Positions 38,182 to 48,400 of a stretch of DNA of 64,000 bases are shown here, one piece after another. The position numbers and the translations under genes were made by a program. Source of the stretch: a virus (lineage: Duplodnaviria; Heunggongvirae; Uroviricota; Caudoviricetes); the IMG/VR virus record IMGVR_UViG_2568526411_000004, one strand, 5' to 3'. The stretch's first letter is position 1. Each line of letters opens with the position of its first letter. The notes beneath the pieces are model-generated. The model had not been told where the DNA came from. It saw only the letters and a program-made list of their open reading frames with translations, and searched no databases.

Positions 38182-38429
38182 TATGGTCGAACTCCTTGTC
38201 GTATTTTCTTCACAGCTGAAAGCCAATTTTTCTCGGCTCTATGGCAAGAAGGAGAAACAGGAGCGGGGAGAGAAAAGCCCGTTTTTGGGTCTTTCAAGAC
38301 AACGTGACCGCCTTTACTTTGGCGATATGTCCAACCTTCCTTAATTAAGGCTTTAGCTGCTCGGTCAATCGTGCGATTGTTAGAAATGTTCATATCTTTA
38401 AACTCTTTGTTTGTTTCAGATATGAACAT
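38181..38429 (-). CDS. small basic protein with weak HicA/YcfA-like resemblance
   Basis: The EGWTYRQSKGGHVVLKDPKTG segment matches the pattern only loosely. Confidence 0.25.
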   Translation of the reverse strand: MFISETNKEFKDMNISNNRTIDRAAKALIKEGWTYRQSKGGHVVLKDPKTGFSLPAPVSPSCHRAEKNWLSAVKKIRQGVRP

Positions 38430-38463
38430 TTTAAAAGTAAGTCATTGGTGACTGAATAATAGG

Positions 38464-38844
38464 CTACTTAATTTTGAGTGATTTTTCAAGATTGCCGTGA
38501 AAACGCTCTGAATTGATCATGAATTTGTTCATGTTTAAACGTTTGTACAAGCCTTTTGATGTGCTGTGTGGTTCGCAGTTCTCGAGAAAGTGGCTTAAAG
38601 GGGTGAGGTAGTAAGTGCATTTCTTGTTTACGCGGTGAACTACCCCAATTGCATCAATTGAGTTGTTAATACAATGACTGATGATAATAGGTTCAAAAAG
38701 CCATGAGTTGGTCTTTAAATCAATATTGCGATTCTTAGCTCCTGATCTCATGGCCAAGTAGATAGATTTGCCGCCTTGCGTGTAAACCATGCCGACTTGT
38801 TTGCCGTTGATTGAGTGTGGTTTTCTCATGAAAATAACCCCCAA
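38464..38844 (-). CDS. hypothetical protein
   Basis: 126 aa. Confidence 0.4.
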   Translation of the reverse strand: MGVIFMRKPHSINGKQVGMVYTQGGKSIYLAMRSGAKNRNIDLKTNSWLFEPIIISHCINNSIDAIGVVHRVNKKCTYYLTPLSHFLENCEPHSTSKGLYKRLNMNKFMINSERFHGNLEKSLKIK

Positions 38845-39344
38845 TTAGGATTTGTTCTTTTTGAATAATTAGGATTTGTTCTTTTTGGATTTGGAACTTC
38901 GGGTTGATCTACACTTTCTTTGGTGAGCGCAAAATACGCCCCAAGAAAGCACAGCACTTCTCTGGCTTTTGAGCCACCAACAGCCCCTTCTATCTTTCCA
39001 ATCAGCTCTCCCGCTCTAAACGAGTTATTAAAAAATACAGTGTACTCCTCGCGTTCACATTTATGATGAGTGGCATCATTGTGTTCGCGCATGTAGGTGT
39101 GAATTTCATCAAGGGCATAGCTGTACAGCTCCCCAACATTGAAATGCTCTTCATCATTGGATAATTTCACTTCGGGTCGCTGAGAGCCTAATTCTGGTAC
39201 GTCTCGACGCGTGTGACCTTTGACATAAGCCATCTTAGTTCTGTCTAACGTGGAGATAATCATTAGACGGCTGTTTTCATACTCGTTTCTAAATCGGTAT
39301 TCTAAGACGCTTAGCTCAGCATTTAGATTCGGGATGTATTTCAT
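38826..39344 (-). CDS. WGxWS-tail family protein (paralog 1; tail KRTNPNYSKRTNPNWGLFS)
   Basis: N-terminal region homologous to the 39341 gene. The start at 39344 forms an ATGA overlap with the upstream stop; the track start is a TTG. Confidence 0.5.
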   Translation of the reverse strand: MKYIPNLNAELSVLEYRFRNEYENSRLMIISTLDRTKMAYVKGHTRRDVPELGSQRPEVKLSNDEEHFNVGELYSYALDEIHTYMREHNDATHHKCEREEYTVFFNNSFRAGELIGKIEGAVGGSKAREVLCFLGAYFALTKESVDQPEVPNPKRTNPNYSKRTNPNWGLFS

Positions 39345-39778
39345 GACCAAGCTCCCCAATTTGGATTGTTGCGTTTCGGAACGGGTGGATCTCGAAAGAA
39401 CTTCAAAACCGCATTTTTATAATAAAAACCAACTGTTCTAGTTAGTTTCGTCTCTAACATACACATTTGACTGTCATCGTTAAAATAAAGAGGCGATGCC
39501 CACCAAATATATTCGGCCTTTCCAGCTACATCTCTTTTGACTTCCTCAATGAAAGTCTTTCCATTGGCGAACAGCTCTTCTTTATCTGTGTTTTCAGATG
39601 TTAAAAGGATTGTTTCCATTGGAGGCGCATGTGGTTCTCGCCAATTATAGAGACCCTTCAAAAAAGCCATTTTGGTTTCATTTGCATTGCTTAAAAACAT
39701 TAAACGGTAAACATAATTGCCTTGTTGAAAAAGATGCTCAACAACGTTTAGATCTGGCTCTAACTGTTCTTCTAACAT
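39341..39778 (-). CDS. WGxWS-tail family protein (paralog 2; tail KRNNPNWGAWS)
   Basis: Paralog of the 38826 gene; TAATG overlap with the upstream gene. Confidence 0.5.
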   Translation of the reverse strand: MLEEQLEPDLNVVEHLFQQGNYVYRLMFLSNANETKMAFLKGLYNWREPHAPPMETILLTSENTDKEELFANGKTFIEEVKRDVAGKAEYIWWASPLYFNDDSQMCMLETKLTRTVGFYYKNAVLKFFRDPPVPKRNNPNWGAWS

Positions 39779-40176
39779 TATGCCCAGCTCCCCCATTTGC
39801 CTTTGTAGCGTTCCGCTCGCTCGCGATCTGCGCGAGCTTTCATTTCTTTTCTAATCGCTTCCTGTTTTGCGGCTTCTTGAGCTTCTTTATGATATTTGTC
39901 GAAAATTTCTTTGGCTTCTAGCTTTGTGTAGACGGTAACTGGATATCTTTTCTTTAACTCCGGCACTTCAAAAACAATTAAGTCGATAATTGCGTTGACG
40001 GTTTCGTCAAATGTACTTGCCAAACCACCAAACTTACCCGCTCGAAATTTTCTCAACCACAATAAGTAATCAACACCTTCAAAATCGGAGTCATTCTGAA
40101 GCATGAGAATAAGTTCAGCCGGTGTTCGCCCTTTGTATTTCCCTTCAGGAAACTTCTCATCAAATTTTATAGTCAC
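39778..40176 (-). CDS. WGxWS-tail protein (tail KGKWGSWA), unrelated body
   Basis: 132 aa with a charged coiled-coil segment. Confidence 0.5.
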   Translation of the reverse strand: MTIKFDEKFPEGKYKGRTPAELILMLQNDSDFEGVDYLLWLRKFRAGKFGGLASTFDETVNAIIDLIVFEVPELKKRYPVTVYTKLEAKEIFDKYHKEAQEAAKQEAIRKEMKARADRERAERYKGKWGSWA

Positions 40177-40526
40177 TCTATTCGCCTTAAATAAATAACT
40201 GTTGATTTCTTCATTGCGCTTGCGATGTGTGGCCCGTAAAGCTTTAAGGTTAATTTATATAAGCGCTCTGCGCTTCTGCATTTGTCTTCGCTGTCAATTT
40301 CGGTGTGATTATCAGCACCGTAATAAGCGCATAGCTCGCCAAGCTTCCCGACAATTACACGATCAACAATCGCTAAACCTTCGATCATTTTAGTTTTTGA
40401 ATTTTGGAGATACACTCGATCACCAGCGGCAAGTTTCTTTGACCATGTAACCCCCAAACGAATTGTATTGAAGTGATCATCCATGCCTTGTAGTGGTGGT
40501 ACAAAATCCAAAACATAATGTTTCAT
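40173..40526 (-). CDS. hypothetical protein
   Basis: The track's GTG start at 40559 lies inside the terminator hairpin; the ATG at 40526 is preferred. Confidence 0.4.
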   Translation of the reverse strand: MKHYVLDFVPPLQGMDDHFNTIRLGVTWSKKLAAGDRVYLQNSKTKMIEGLAIVDRVIVGKLGELCAYYGADNHTEIDSEDKCRSAERLYKLTLKLYGPHIASAMKKSTVIYLRRIE

Positions 40527-40530
40527 AAGC

Positions 40531-40579
40531 AAAACCGCCCTAATAAAAATGTTATTCACACTTTTAGTTTAGGGCGGTC
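40531..40579 (-). terminator. terminator-like hairpin (ACCGCCCTAA ... TTAGGGCGGT) with T-run on the minus strand
   Basis: Downstream of the recA-like gene. Confidence 0.5.
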
Positions 40580-40598
40580 TAACTATTACTCCTGAGAA

Positions 40599-42095
40599 TT
40601 ATTTATCGGACTTGGGTAAGAAAGCTTTTAACTGCTCCATGCCATTAGGTTCTGCGTTTAACTTGGCTACAAGCTCTTTGACAAAGTACTTCTTGCCATC
40701 TGTCCATGTAACACGAGGCTTGTTGTATTCAATCCAACCGCGCTTAATTAAATGATCAAGCATAGCGGCGATATGATCGAAGTAAGCCACATCAAATTCG
40801 TTGTACATCATGCGTAAATTGCACTCTTGGAACGGTCGAGTGAATTTTGTTTTGACGCATTGAACGGTAATGTTTTGGCCCACAAATTCCTTTTCACCAA
40901 CTTCGTCTTTGTCCATGATTTTTTGACGACCTAAAGCCAAGCGTGCAGAAGCGTAAAACTCCATTGCTTTTCCGCCTGGTGTGCAGTTGTGAACAATGAA
41001 GCCATTGTCTTTGTTGCCCGCAAGGAAGTTGTGATTGCCCTCAATGGTAATGTCATACATGCGGGTGTCTAACTTCTTACCGCCTTCGCGAACCTCTGTG
41101 ACGACAGCATAGGCGGTTTTGTGCTTATGAGTAACAAGGTGATAGCCAACCTTCACATCCTCTGCGTTAATCCAGCCACACTCGCGAGTAAGAATTTTGT
41201 GATCGTTTGTTGCTGTAACCGCAGATACGCCATTCTTCGTTTCAGGTGTAGTTGCTCGAATGTGAATCCAACGCTTGTCGGTATCAGCGATAGAGCCATT
41301 GTCATGCCAATCAACGATAAATTTAGGCTCAATTTCACCTGTTGTTTCGTTGTATGACCACACTTCCTTGTTGATCTTGTTCTTAACGATTTCCTTGATT
41401 GTTGCAGTTGTGCCATCAACAAAGGGAATTTGAACGTCACCACGTAAACAGCGAGGATCACCAAACATAACACCCGGCTTTAAGCGCATTTGGTTGAGAT
41501 ATACGAATGTCGCGCTAAACTCTTCAGCTCGGTGACTCATGGTTTTTAACGTAGAAGACGTTACACGAGCCAGCGCCGTAGTGTCATTCATGGTGTATTC
41601 ATCAATTTCTTTGCCAGCTTGCGATTTAGGTAATGCAGCAGCAATAGAGTCAAATACAACTAAAATTGGCGCATCATCAGGAATAGCTTTAGATGCACGA
41701 ATTAACTGGCACGCTTTAGCGGCAAGTGTGTTTCCTTCCTCCCATGTTGCAGGCTTCGCGTAAATCCAATATGGACGCTGTGTGTTAAGACCGAACCCTT
41801 CAGCCAAACGAACATCGAAAGAGCGTTCCCAGTCAATGAAGATTGCACAGCCACCCATTTTCTGAGCGCGAACCATCCATTCAGTAGCGTCAGCAGTTTT
41901 ACCAGTAGATGATTCGCCAAATACTTCAACCATTCGACCAAATGGCAAACCGCCTTCGTAGCTTCCTGAAATAATGCGGTTTAATTCAGGGTTGCCCGTA
42001 TCAATCCAACGAGTGACCGCTTGTTCTGCATGGTTATCACCGATTGCTTTGAATAATGCGTCATTTAGTGCGTCGATTTGTGCTTGTGCTGTCAT
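40599..42095 (-). CDS. RecA-like recombinase (UvsX/RecA family) interrupted by a mini-intein
   Basis: Walker A GESSTGKT and RecA-like FVYLNQMRLKPGVMFGDPR | intein | CTPGGKAMEFYASARL. The start is the ATG at 42095 (MTAQAQ). Confidence 0.8.
   Translation of the reverse strand: MTAQAQIDALNDALFKAIGDNHAEQAVTRWIDTGNPELNRIISGSYEGGLPFGRMVEVFGESSTGKTADATEWMVRAQKMGGCAIFIDWERSFDVRLAEGFGLNTQRPYWIYAKPATWEEGNTLAAKACQLIRASKAIPDDAPILVVFDSIAAALPKSQAGKEIDEYTMNDTTALARVTSSTLKTMSHRAEEFSATFVYLNQMRLKPGVMFGDPRCLRGDVQIPFVDGTTATIKEIVKNKINKEVWSYNETTGEIEPKFIVDWHDNGSIADTDKRWIHIRATTPETKNGVSAVTATNDHKILTRECGWINAEDVKVGYHLVTHKHKTAYAVVTEVREGGKKLDTRMYDITIEGNHNFLAGNKDNGFIVHNCTPGGKAMEFYASARLALGRQKIMDKDEVGEKEFVGQNITVQCVKTKFTRPFQECNLRMMYNEFDVAYFDHIAAMLDHLIKRGWIEYNKPRVTWTDGKKYFVKELVAKLNAEPNGMEQLKAFLPKSDK
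40986..41450 (-). other. 155-aa mini-intein (Hint domain, no endonuclease domain) within the RecA-like gene
   Basis: It begins CLRGD after ...FGDPR and ends ...FIVHN before +1 Cys (CTPGG). Removing it restores a RecA-like FGDPRCTPGG core. Confidence 0.7.
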
Positions 42096-42105
42096 GTCTT
42101 TAATC

Positions 42106-43170
42106 TCAATTAGTTTGTGTCGGTAATGCTTGTTTGAACGGTTGAACAAAGTTATCAATTACGTTCAAAATGGATGCGAAGTTCAGCTCCGCGCATATGT
42201 CAATGAACTTGTCTAAGTCAAAGTTGCCTTTGTCTATTTCAAGGTGTTGCTTCTCTAAAGGATGTGGGTTGATCAGCTGCATGATTTTCATATTTCGAAT
42301 GAAGATCGAACGACCTTGACCGATATATGCGTCCATGTGTTTTTTCAGCTGTTTCTTGTGTTCCTTCTCGTTCTCTTCGTCACTTAGAGAGTCGTCACGT
42401 TGATAATGGAATAAGTTTTTCCATTGCTCTTTCGTGTAGGGAGAAGTGCCTTTCCACAATGAGCGTTGAGCTTTATTGGCTGGTTTAATTTCGCCACTTT
42501 CGCAACGTTGAATGAATTTACCAACCGAACCATGTTCAGCTAGAAATAACGGCGCTGTTGCTTCACCAATACCGCCAACTCCCGGTATGCAGTCAGAAGA
42601 ATCGCCTTGAAGAGCTTTGCCCTCCAAAAACGCTAGTGGAGTTTTATAGCCAGTCTTTTCAACAAAATTTTCAAAGGTAATAACCTTCTCATTTCGTTTG
42701 TCACGCAAATCTTGCCAACGCACACCACGACGTATGAGTTGCACCCAATCTACGTCGCCTGACGCAAGTAAGATTTCTTGATCTGGATTTTTCATGATTT
42801 GCTTTACTAAGATTCCAGCTAAGTCATCAGCTTCATGAATGTATGAAAGAATCTGCGTAATGCCTAAAGCAGATAGAGCCGCTTTGATAAACGGTAACTG
42901 CGCTTTGTAAGCTTCTTTATCAGCGACCTTTTCAGGTGTATCAGCAACGCGCTTAATTTTGTATTCAGGGCACATATCAAAGCGAAATTGAGCTTTTCCA
43001 TCCCATAGCACATAGATTGTTGCTAACGGGTTGCGGATGCGTAATTCGCGCACTGTACGAAGAAAACCGTACACTGCCTGAGTTTGCATAACACCCGAAT
43101 GCAGTTTTGTAGCGTGATGAGCTGCGTAACCAATAGAGTTCGCATCAATTAAAATCGTTAAATGTGGCAT
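42106..43170 (-). CDS. 5'-3' exonuclease / flap endonuclease (FEN, T4 RNase H / T5 D15-like)
   Basis: N-terminal PIN-like domain (ILIDANSIGY) and H3TH GDSSDCIPGVGGIG. Confidence 0.85.
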   Translation of the reverse strand: MPHLTILIDANSIGYAAHHATKLHSGVMQTQAVYGFLRTVRELRIRNPLATIYVLWDGKAQFRFDMCPEYKIKRVADTPEKVADKEAYKAQLPFIKAALSALGITQILSYIHEADDLAGILVKQIMKNPDQEILLASGDVDWVQLIRRGVRWQDLRDKRNEKVITFENFVEKTGYKTPLAFLEGKALQGDSSDCIPGVGGIGEATAPLFLAEHGSVGKFIQRCESGEIKPANKAQRSLWKGTSPYTKEQWKNLFHYQRDDSLSDEENEKEHKKQLKKHMDAYIGQGRSIFIRNMKIMQLINPHPLEKQHLEIDKGNFDLDKFIDICAELNFASILNVIDNFVQPFKQALPTQTN

Positions 43171-43226
43171 ATTTGATACCCTCTGACGAAGAAGCCACCT
43201 TGCGGCGGCTTCTTGTTGATTAACCG

Positions 43227-44114
43227 TTAAACTGGAATATCGAGGTCTAATAACGCTTCTAAATCAGTGTTAAGGTTGATCGGGGCATGCTCAACCGTTT
43301 GAGGTTGTGCAGGCTGAGTAACTTCGGTATACGAAATTTCCTCTGCGGTCTGTTGATATGCAGGTTGCGCAGCGCCGCCAGCAGCTAAGCCAATTGCAGC
43401 AGGTGCAGTACGAGGCGTATCGTTGCTTTGAGCGGGCGGTAACAAACCTACAACTTGTTGAACGTGTCCTAACGAGCGTTGTAAACGTTCGTCATTTTCT
43501 TGAGAAACATATTCATCAAGATTGTTAAGTTTTTCGTAAACTTGTGGAGGAACTGGTTTGGTTTCGGCATCTGGTAAAACAGTGTATTTGGTGTTCATAC
43601 CTGAGCCGTTTCGGTTAATCACAATGACTTGTGAACCGTTAGGATCAAATAAACGCGCACCCCATTTAGCCAATACATCAAAGATTGCGCTAAATACTGT
43701 TTTAGGCACTTCTAAGATTTGCGGATCGTTTGGACGGTCAGAATCTAAAGCCAAAACGTTCATTAAATAAGTTTGGCGTGAACCACACTCTTTTAATGCT
43801 TCGACTTGAGCTTCTGTTGTAGCTATGTTAGCAGCTTGTTTTAAAGCGCCACAGATCGGGCAATCCTTGCCAAATGTCTTATCTAAACAAACATAAGTAG
43901 ACTGTAGATCACCGTTTGCATCTTTAATAAAGTGCATACCGAAATCGTGGAACCACACGTCTTGCTTACCTTGCTTCCAACCCCACCCCGGAAGTAATAC
44001 ATAACGATTCGACCCATCTTTAGGTTTGAGAGTTTTCTCACGCGAGCGAATAGCGTTTTGCTTATTTGCTGCGGTTTCCATTAATTTAGCTGGGTCTAAA
44101 ACGAATTGAGTCAT
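43227..44114 (-). CDS. putative ssDNA-binding protein (gp32-like)
   Basis: Cys/His cluster (H..C..CPIC), acidic C-terminal tail DLEALLDLDIPV, and a position between the FEN and replication genes. Confidence 0.4.
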   Translation of the reverse strand: MTQFVLDPAKLMETAANKQNAIRSREKTLKPKDGSNRYVLLPGWGWKQGKQDVWFHDFGMHFIKDANGDLQSTYVCLDKTFGKDCPICGALKQAANIATTEAQVEALKECGSRQTYLMNVLALDSDRPNDPQILEVPKTVFSAIFDVLAKWGARLFDPNGSQVIVINRNGSGMNTKYTVLPDAETKPVPPQVYEKLNNLDEYVSQENDERLQRSLGHVQQVVGLLPPAQSNDTPRTAPAAIGLAAGGAAQPAYQQTAEEISYTEVTQPAQPQTVEHAPINLNTDLEALLDLDIPV

Positions 44115-44233
44115 GTTACAATTTCCTTGAGTAGCTTTGCGTTGATTGCTTTGTTGCTTTGAGACTTGTTAAAACTTGCGAATCGCTTCATTTCGACGTG
44201 CTGCGATTCGCTTGTTTTAACGGTTGATAGTAT

Positions 44234-44247
44234 AGTCAGTACTGACT
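44234..44247. promoter_or_regulatory. palindromic operator AGTCAGTACTGACT followed by TATACT
   Basis: Perfect palindrome. Confidence 0.65.
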
Positions 44248-44264
44248 GATCTTTTCAATAAGAA

Positions 44265-45371
44265 TTATTGGGTATATGTACGATTTAATGAGCGAGCAGC
44301 GTTTTCAACCGCGGCCATCGAATCGTCATTATGATTATCTTGATTTAATATCCGCATCTGACCTTGTAGCTCGGCGCGCAAACTAGATCCGCGTTGAATT
44401 AACATGTCACGACGATGTACAAGCGCAAACACATTTCCCTTATGGATGTTGGCGTATTGCGTTGCCGTAGCATGTACGTCATAAGCCAGTTCCCATGTTG
44501 GGTCTCTGCGAATATAAGCGTCAATGAGACGTTCAGTAGGCTTTTCACCTGCTTTAATAAGTGATTTACGGTACACCTGAAACAACGTAGCTTCTACATG
44601 TTCGAGCTGTCGCTTCGCCAGTGCTTGCTGATGATCTGCGAGAGCTTGTTGAGCTGACCAGTAAGCCATTAATGAAGGTTGAGCTGTCATACATTGGTCA
44701 ATTGTGACATCGGAAATCGCTGTTTCTATCTGAAATGCGTGTACATCCGGCTTGTATTTCAGGTTTTCTAATGTGATACCTAATTTTCCGACATATCCCG
44801 TTGCTCGCTTTTGTTGAGCCATTGCTGATGTTTGTTGCGCAGGGCTTGGAGCAGCTTGCTCAGCAATAGGTTGAGGATTTTTAGGAGCAGTTGCGATAGG
44901 TGGTACGACGCTAGTATTAGCAGGAGCGGCGGATGGAGTAGAAGCGGTCGTAGCAAATATTTGATCAACAACTTTTTGATCTGCATCATTGTCCACCCTT
45001 TCTGGAACTGGCGGTTGTAACGTAGTCTGCTGTTGTGGTGGGGGTGTTTGAGTCTCTGGTTCTAATTCAACTTTTCCTTCAGCGTGTTTAAGCATTCCAC
45101 CAACATTAAAATTGGCGAACATAGCTTGAGGTGTTGATGCAACAGGGGTTGGCTCAGGAGTAATAACTTGCTGCACTGGCGGCTCAGGTACCGCTTGAGG
45201 CTGTGGAGAAGGTGCGGTCACTGTTTGTTGAACTACTTGAGGCTGTGGTTCTGCTGCTGGTGCAGAAGGTTGCTCAGCTGGCGTAGAATGCATTTCGCCA
45301 AGCATGTCTAATTCTTCAAATAGTTTGTCTAAGTCCTGTTCTGTTGCGAAATCTTGTGTTTGAGTTGTCAT
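44265..45371 (-). CDS. hypothetical Pro/Gln-rich protein
   Basis: 368 aa with a central low-complexity P/Q/T region. Confidence 0.55.
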   Translation of the reverse strand: MTTQTQDFATEQDLDKLFEELDMLGEMHSTPAEQPSAPAAEPQPQVVQQTVTAPSPQPQAVPEPPVQQVITPEPTPVASTPQAMFANFNVGGMLKHAEGKVELEPETQTPPPQQQTTLQPPVPERVDNDADQKVVDQIFATTASTPSAAPANTSVVPPIATAPKNPQPIAEQAAPSPAQQTSAMAQQKRATGYVGKLGITLENLKYKPDVHAFQIETAISDVTIDQCMTAQPSLMAYWSAQQALADHQQALAKRQLEHVEATLFQVYRKSLIKAGEKPTERLIDAYIRRDPTWELAYDVHATATQYANIHKGNVFALVHRRDMLIQRGSSLRAELQGQMRILNQDNHNDDSMAAVENAARSLNRTYTQ

Positions 45372-45425
45372 AAATACCTCTGCGTTAAAAATAAGGTGTC
45401 ACTATAAAATTATTAAACGAAAAGT

Positions 45426-45445
45426 CAATCAGTAGTGACTGACTT
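45426..45445. promoter_or_regulatory. palindromic operator variant AATCAGT-AGTG-ACTGACT
   Basis: One mismatch. Confidence 0.45.
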
Positions 45446-45455
45446 TTCAGATAAA

Positions 45456-48400
45456 TCAACTTAATACTTCAGCCACTTTTTCAAAGGCTAAAGTAAGGTC
45501 TGGTAATTTTGAAGGGTCAAACGGTAATTGAGCTGGACTAATCCCGCATACGATTGTTGCATCAAGCGTTGGGTCATAAACCGCTGTAGCATTCAGTTCT
45601 GATATTCCACCTTTAACCGACGGTAAGAACTTTTTGGCCACCGAAGATCCTAGCGCAACAATAATGCTCGGTTTTACGAGTTTTATCTCTTCTTCCAAGT
45701 ACTTACTACAGTTGTTAATCTGCGAGTTAGTAAGAAACTTATCTGATTTACGCGCTTTCACCATAGTTGTGTAATAACCATCACTAGGATTTAAGCCAGC
45801 GTCTTTAATTGCCTGTTTAAGATAAGTTGAGACATCACCGACCATAAGTTTGTCTTGTTTGTCCTCATCGACGTTAGGACAATCTGTGACAACCATAAAC
45901 TTAACTTTGTTACCACAGCGCATAGTAGGGTGCTTTTTACCTTTCAAATCACAAGCGTCACACTGTTTGTATTCTTGAGCCACCATAATGATGCGACTCT
46001 TTAAATGCTGCTCGGTTAGATCAGCAACACGGTCAGCTTTTACAGTATCAATGATAATGCCGGGCAATAAGTCCATTTGAGCCTTGCGACGGTCGACGTG
46101 TCGTGCAGGTAATTGAGTAGGCTCAACACTCGCTAAAGCGCCAATTGCATTAAGCGATTCAACCACTTTGCTGTTTACCTTTGTTTTAGGCTGTGCTGCT
46201 GCTTCTTGGAACTCAAAGAGACTATCAAAACGTTTTTTAATTGGCGCATCGTCGTCATAGCCCCAAACGGGTGTTTTGTCGCGTTTATACTTAACAATCT
46301 TCAAGTCACGATGCTTTTCGCGTAATTTCACAATAGCGCGCGCCGTTGTCTCTGACACACCCTTTACAGCGTTAAAAGGTGCAAGAATGTTGTGATTGTC
46401 TAAAATGGTGTAACGATCAGAAGATAAGTTAATATCGGGCGGCAATACTTCGATACCGCATTCGCGCGCATCCTTTACCAACCCCTTCAATTTGTCTTCG
46501 TCTACGATTGATAAAGAGGCTGCGAAATACTCAGCAGGGTAGTGGACACGAACGTATGCACACCATACCGAGATAATCGAATAAGCCGTTGCGTGACTTT
46601 TGTTGAAACCATAGCCAGCAAAGGCTTCGATCTTGTCAAAGATGCGACCGGCTTCTCCTGGTTCTACTCCTGATTTAGCAACGGCGCCATCAATGAACTT
46701 TTGACGCATTTTAGCCATTTCATCTACATTCTTTTTACCCATTGCTTTACGGAGTTTATCCGCTTCAGCATTTGTAAAACCTGCAAAATCCACAGAGACT
46801 TTCATTACCTGTTCTTGATAGATTATGACGCCTAGCGTGTCTTTGAGTGCTTCAACCATATTAGGATGATCGTAACTTACTGAACGCATACCCTGACGCG
46901 TAGCAACATAATCATCTAAAAGTCCTGAATCCATCGGACCCGGACGATACAACGCGGTTGCAGCTGAAATATCATCAAAGGTCATTGAACCGCCTTTCGC
47001 AATATCTTTAAGCAGCTGCTTCATGCCTCCTGATTCAAACTGGAACACGCCCGTAGTATTACCGTTTGCGAAAGCTTGCAATGTTTTTGGGTCATCTAAT
47101 GGAATTTCTAAGTAATTTAGATAAATACCATGACGTTCTTTAATATAATCACGGGCGATATTCAGCGTATCTAAAGTGGACAAACCGAGTAAGTCCATTT
47201 TGACCAAACCGCAATCTTCTACAACGCGTTTATCCCAATTGACCACAGTGTCTTCAGATCTTCGCTCTAATACAGCGCGATTCACAATCGGCTCACCTGC
47301 AACAACAATACCGGCAGCGTGTTGGCCAAATGACTTCATTGTGCCTGCAAGTTTGACCGCGTGCTTCCAGATCTCAGGATGTGCTTTTTTAAATTTCTCT
47401 AATTCAGGAACCGCTTTAGCTGACTCTTCCAAAGACATTGTTTGGCCATGATCTTTGAGTACGAATTTTGAAGCTGTGAGTTCAAGAGGTGTTAAACCAC
47501 TTAGACGACCAACATCACGTAGCGCTGACGCAGAGGCTAAGGTCGAATAGTTGGAAATACCCGCTACGTAGTCTTTACCGTATTTATCAATCAAATACTC
47601 AACGACCTTATGACGACGTGAAGAGGCAAAGTCCAAGTCAGCATCGGGTAAGTCTAAACGTTCAGGGTTAATAAAACGCTCAAAGATCAAACCGAATCGA
47701 ATTGGATCGACGTCGGCAATACCGATTAGATACGCAACAAGTGAACCATTAACCGAACCACGTCCCGGACCTACAATCACACCATTGTTTTTCGCCCATG
47801 TAACAAGGTCTTCAACCATAAGGAAGTAAGATTCAAAACCCATGTTTTTAAGCGTTTTTAACTCATAGCCTAAGCGTTCTTTGTAAACGGTATCGAGTAA
47901 ATTTTTAGGTGGCAAATAGCCTAAGACGGGCTTGCTAAAACGTTTTTTCCAACCCTCAACGCATAACTCGCACAACTTCTTAAACTCATCATTAGCGAGT
48001 TTAGGCAATGAAACTGGTTGTTTTTCAAACTTGTACTGGCACTTTTGCACTACTTCTTCGCAGTTCTTAATGCCATTTGTCCAAATTGCAGTTACCGATT
48101 TAGGGTCAAGTACAGTGCGATTAAACTTAATTCCGCGTGCAATAGCAGCTTTAGTGCGGTCTATGATTGCGCTAGGCTCTACAAATGCAAATTCCTTAAC
48201 ATACTGACGACTGCGAAAAGGTGCATCTAACTGCGTGTTACTCGCAATGGCACTCATCACATCCATCGTACTAGCGTCTGCATTATCTAAGTAGCGGAAA
48301 GGGTAGGTGACAAGTGGCTTGCAGCCCAATGAGCCAACCAGCTCGATTGCGCGCTTATTCATTTTGTCGAAAAGGGGAGTGTTTATAGGGCAAAGTTCCG

